A DNA stretch of 64,000 bases. Origin: an uncultured Acidobacteriota bacterium (GTDB lineage: Bacteria > Acidobacteriota > Vicinamibacteria > Vicinamibacterales > UBA8438). Both the position numbers and the translations under genes were made by a program. This document shows, piece by piece, positions 60,895 through 64,000 of this stretch. Position 1 is the first letter of the stretch. Each line of letters begins with the position of its first letter. Below the pieces are notes generated by a model. That model made no database searches. It worked only from the letters and a program-made list of their open reading frames with translations, and was not told where the DNA came from. The stretch is from the NCBI GenBank assembly GCA_913043225.1, contig CAJWLU010000007.1, positions 1-64,000 on the forward strand. The letters are read 5' to 3'.

Positions 60895-61695
60895 ATGACA
60901 CGCGAACACACGATGGAACGTCGGATGGCCGGGTTGTTCCTGACGATGCTCTTCAGTGTCGCGACTGCCGCGACCGCGGCGACCGACGCCGACCTGACCC
61001 GAGAGGTAGAGAAACGTCTTGCCGACAAAGAGGTCGTCGGCTTCAACGTTTCGGTCCAGACCAAGGCTGCCGAGGTCACGCTTCGGGGCGAAGTGCCCAG
61101 CCTCTGGCATCGGGAATGGGCTATGGAAGAGGCGTGGAAGACCGACGACGTGGTGAGCGTCGTCAGCTACCTCACCATCCGGGATGCCGAGAGCACTCCC
61201 GACATGGCAAGGAACGTGACCCAGGCGATCACGGGCTACGGCTACTACACGGTATTCGACTACGTGACCGCCGAGATCCAGGACTCGGTCGTGACCCTGC
61301 GTGGTGTGGTCACGCATACGCCCGACAAACCGTCCGACCTGCGCGAACAGGTCTCGAAGGTGGCCGGCGTCAAAGGTGTAGTGGTCGACCTTGAAGTGCT
61401 CTCGCCCAGCAGCGGCGACTGGCAGATCAGGCGGTTGCTAGCTCGGAACATCTATGGGGTGGCGACCTTCGAGCGCTACCTGGGGGTAAACCCTGGCATC
61501 CACATCATCGTCCGTAACGGACACGTGACATTGCGTGGCGCGGTGCTGACCCACGGCGATCGTCTCCAGGTCGAGTCCGCGGCACGGCGCACCTTCGGCG
61601 TAATCAAGGTGCACAACGAGCTAAAAACCAAGGAAGACCTGGAAAAGGAAGCGACGCTTCTGGAGACCAACACCAAGGCGGCAGCCGCCAACTGA
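60895..61695 (+). CDS. Triple BON-domain periplasmic protein
   Basis: Signal peptide; three 'VTLRG' repeats; GGAGG RBS. Confidence 0.88.
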   Translation: MTREHTMERRMAGLFLTMLFSVATAATAATDADLTREVEKRLADKEVVGFNVSVQTKAAEVTLRGEVPSLWHREWAMEEAWKTDDVVSVVSYLTIRDAESTPDMARNVTQAITGYGYYTVFDYVTAEIQDSVVTLRGVVTHTPDKPSDLREQVSKVAGVKGVVVDLEVLSPSSGDWQIRRLLARNIYGVATFERYLGVNPGIHIIVRNGHVTLRGAVLTHGDRLQVESAARRTFGVIKVHNELKTKEDLEKEATLLETNTKAAAAN

Positions 61696-61720
61696 CGACT
61701 CACCAGGCGAAGCGGCAGGC

Positions 61721-61764
61721 CAACGGCCCGCGGGCACCCATCGGAGGGCGCGCGCGGGCCGTTG
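61721..61764. terminator. GC-rich hairpin between convergent genes (possible terminator)
   Basis: CAACGGCCCGCG ... CGCGGGCCGTTG 12-bp stem; no clear U-tract. Confidence 0.45.
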
Positions 61765-61769
61765 TCGTG

Positions 61770-62450
61770 TCAGGGAACTGGCCGATCCGGCGCCCCCAAC
61801 AACAGTCGGTTCTTCTTGGTGATCTCGTCCGGAATGGTCTGGGTCCAGACCCGATAGTCGAATCGCTGCAGACGCATCACCCGCTCGATGTCGATCGCGA
61901 GCGGACCGTCGACCCAGCCGCCCAGTGAGCCGGTCGCTCCCGACTCCAGATGGTGACAACACGGCAAGACACCCACCCTGGCGCCGACATCGGTGGCGCG
62001 GTCTAGCACGAGGTCGGTCAGCCGTCCACACGCGTGACAGGACACTACGAGGTCGGAGGCCATGAGCTGGAACGAGGCAAGGTCGCCCGGCTCGAACGAC
62101 ACCCGACCCCGCAGTCGAGGCCAGACGGAGACAAGCGCCTGCTGAACGCGCGGCGCCGACTTCGGCGCCGCAGGGTCGACCACGACCGCCTCGGGCGACG
62201 TATCGTCGAGAAGGAGGAGGATCTGCCCCAGCAGACCGTGCCCCCCGGCAAGATCGACGATCCGGCCGCCCCTGAAGCGTCTTCGCACACGACGCGCCAC
62301 CTCCCACGCTTCATACAATTCCCGACGCGGCAGACAGCCGGCAGAGACCACTGCGCGACCAATCCGGTCGAACAGACGCTCGCTCGGGAACCGACGCAGG
62401 TCCTTGTCGGTAAGCCGTCCGCGCGCAGCCTTCGAGAACTTGGTGGTCAC
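61770..62450 (-). CDS. SAM-dependent methyltransferase (Methyltransf_32-like)
   Basis: VDLAGGHG, HACGRLTD, LPCCH, DIER, ITKKNRLL. Confidence 0.8.
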   Translation of the reverse strand: MTTKFSKAARGRLTDKDLRRFPSERLFDRIGRAVVSAGCLPRRELYEAWEVARRVRRRFRGGRIVDLAGGHGLLGQILLLLDDTSPEAVVVDPAAPKSAPRVQQALVSVWPRLRGRVSFEPGDLASFQLMASDLVVSCHACGRLTDLVLDRATDVGARVGVLPCCHHLESGATGSLGGWVDGPLAIDIERVMRLQRFDYRVWTQTIPDEITKKNRLLLGAPDRPVP

Positions 62451-63469
62451 CGCGATTCGTAGCGCTCGGGCAAAGCTGGCTGGAAGGTGGGAGGACTCCA
62501 GTGGTCAAAGCCCTGGAGAAACTCGACGGTCTCCTCCAGGGTCGCCGCCCCCTGGGTGTCGAGCGCCCGGCGCCACGCTTCCCAGTCGCGGCCATTTCCG
62601 CCCAGCAACACTGCCTGATCGCGGCGCATGGCGCGATAGTGGTCGTAACTGGCATAGCGCACCATCGTAACCATCTCGTCGTAGTCGTGGCTTTCCTCGG
62701 TCCGACTCGGCGCATCCGGATAGATCACCTTCCACTGACCGATGGGGCGGGCCCCGAGCTTCTCCTCGTAGGGCCACACCGACGCGAGGGTCGTCTCCAG
62801 GATGCGTTCGAAGCTTCCTTTCTCGATCCGGGCGTAGCGTAAGGCGATGGTGGCCACGCCGGGCTGCTCGACATCGTTCCGCACGGCGATCACGTCGTCG
62901 TCCGGACCGGGCACACCGGTGCCGATCTGTTCGTACTCCTCGGCGAGCCCGGGCAGAAACTGTGGCTTGATTGTCGCGGTCAGCCCTTGTAGGAAATAGC
63001 CGCCCTTTGACCCCTGGACTACCTCGCGACGGAGCCGACCGGCCAGGCCGCTGCGAGCGAGATTGGGCCCGTTCCCCGCCAGCGTCTGGGACAACGGTCC
63101 ACGCGTGTAACGCCAGTGCTCGAGGCTGGCGTATCGGGCCAGCCGATACCCTTCATCCCGGAGCGGCTCTTCCCCACCTTCTGGATACACCACCTGCCAC
63201 TGTCCTGTGATCCGGGTTCCGAGGCGTTCGTACCACGGCCACACGCCAAAACGGCTGGCCTGGTAATAGATGTCGTGAGCGCCCTTGTCAAGATACTGGT
63301 GCCGGAGCATCAACACCTCGTCGAACGGTCCCAGCGGACGCACGACCTCGTTGCGGGCGGGATGCGGATCTGGCGGAGCTTCGTTACGCGGAGCAGGCTG
63401 CGCGCTCGCAGCAAGAGGTCCCGCCAAAGTTACGACGATCAGGGTGGTAATGAGGTGGCGTCGCACCAT
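62447..63469 (-). CDS. Secreted protein with two NIPSNAP-like repeats
   Basis: Signal peptide; duplicated VWP..E.LG.R..GQW.V.YP...DE.....RYAS..H; GGAGG RBS. Confidence 0.7.
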   Translation of the reverse strand: MVRRHLITTLIVVTLAGPLAASAQPAPRNEAPPDPHPARNEVVRPLGPFDEVLMLRHQYLDKGAHDIYYQASRFGVWPWYERLGTRITGQWQVVYPEGGEEPLRDEGYRLARYASLEHWRYTRGPLSQTLAGNGPNLARSGLAGRLRREVVQGSKGGYFLQGLTATIKPQFLPGLAEEYEQIGTGVPGPDDDVIAVRNDVEQPGVATIALRYARIEKGSFERILETTLASVWPYEEKLGARPIGQWKVIYPDAPSRTEESHDYDEMVTMVRYASYDHYRAMRRDQAVLLGGNGRDWEAWRRALDTQGAATLEETVEFLQGFDHWSPPTFQPALPERYESR

Positions 63470-63571
63470 GCACTCCTCCACGAAAAATCGAAACCGGCGC
63501 ACTTCGCGCCTCCGCTAACCTGAGTGAGAATACACCTGGCGTTCAACTCGACCACAGTGAAGGTGAACACA

Positions 63572-64000
63572 GTGCACACACCCAATCGACAATGGTCACG
63601 ATGGCTGGCTATCCTCGTCTGTCTGGCGGCCGGACTCCTGGCGACGGTGGTCGGCACGAGCACCGCTCAGCCGGCCACGCACTTCGAGGTCGACCAGGAC
63701 TGGCCGCGGCTCCCCTTTGGCGAGCAATGGATCACGGGGGGGCTTGGCGGTATGTGTGTCGACCAGCGTGGCCATGTCTTCCTGCTCAACCGGCAAAACG
63801 TGGTCCCCGCCGACCTCGATGGCGCACGACTAGCCCCGCCAGTGATCGAGCTTGACCCGTCCGGCGCCGTGGTCCGGGGCTGGGGCGAACCGGCGCAACT
63901 CGGAGGACGGTTGCATGACTGCCACGCCGGTCCTGACGGCACGCTCTGGATCGTCGCCGCCGGAACCGGAGTCGTCCAACAGTGGCCCCTCGATGGCAGT
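63572..64000 (+). CDS. NHL-repeat / PAL-like beta-propeller protein (truncated by window edge)
   Basis: Signal peptide then FEVDQDWPRLP, GMCVDQRGHVFLLNR, PPVIELDP.G.VVRGWG, LHDC. Confidence 0.75.
   Translation, partial: MHTPNRQWSRWLAILVCLAAGLLATVVGTSTAQPATHFEVDQDWPRLPFGEQWITGGLGGMCVDQRGHVFLLNRQNVVPADLDGARLAPPVIELDPSGAVVRGWGEPAQLGGRLHDCHAGPDGTLWIVAAGTGVVQQWPLDGS

Noticed and set aside
36022..64000. Genomic island integrated at tRNA-Leu
   Set aside because: Accessory-looking genes follow, but no integrase, attR repeat or mobility gene is visible in the window

Overview
GC-rich bacterial chromosomal window. Gene content and style (ADOP-permease remnant, 'PDLxGVW...EYACHEGNY' secreted family, DUF1592/DUF1552, TPR-DUF4159-MoxR operon) suggest Acidobacteriota, probably Vicinamibacterales; this is inference from family recognition, not a database result. 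About 50 intact CDSs and one tRNA-Leu(CAA) are supportable. I found no rRNA, CRISPR array, integrase or transposase. The left half is mostly core and envelope genes: OmpA, chrA, ppx, yacG-gltA, an FHA-GAF-PP2C phosphatase, an 8-gene MoxR/vWA operon (~9.1-22.8 kb), pmtA-like and Hcy methyltransferases, LytS/LytTR, lepB, fadD-moaC-rex, plsC, and carD with a histone-H1-like tail. Right of the tRNA is a run of mostly exported, poorly characterised proteins: paralogous lipoprotein amidohydrolases flanking paralogous EYACHEGNY proteins, DUF305-LVIVD, rocD plus a Cys-less thiolase/DUF35/MaoC module, dacB, DUF1592-DUF1552, a Tat-signal haloacid dehalogenase, DUF5916, BON and a tandem NIPSNAP-like protein. 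Intergenic spaces hold at least six decayed gene remnants the ORF track misses or mis-frames, and many genes have a -10 hexamer only 6-10 nt before the start codon (likely leaderless). The best candidates for an undescribed system are the MoxR operon bracketed by a HExxH TPR-peptidase and a Cys-less caspase-like protein, and the amidohydrolase/EYACHEGNY cassette. All family calls are by eye.
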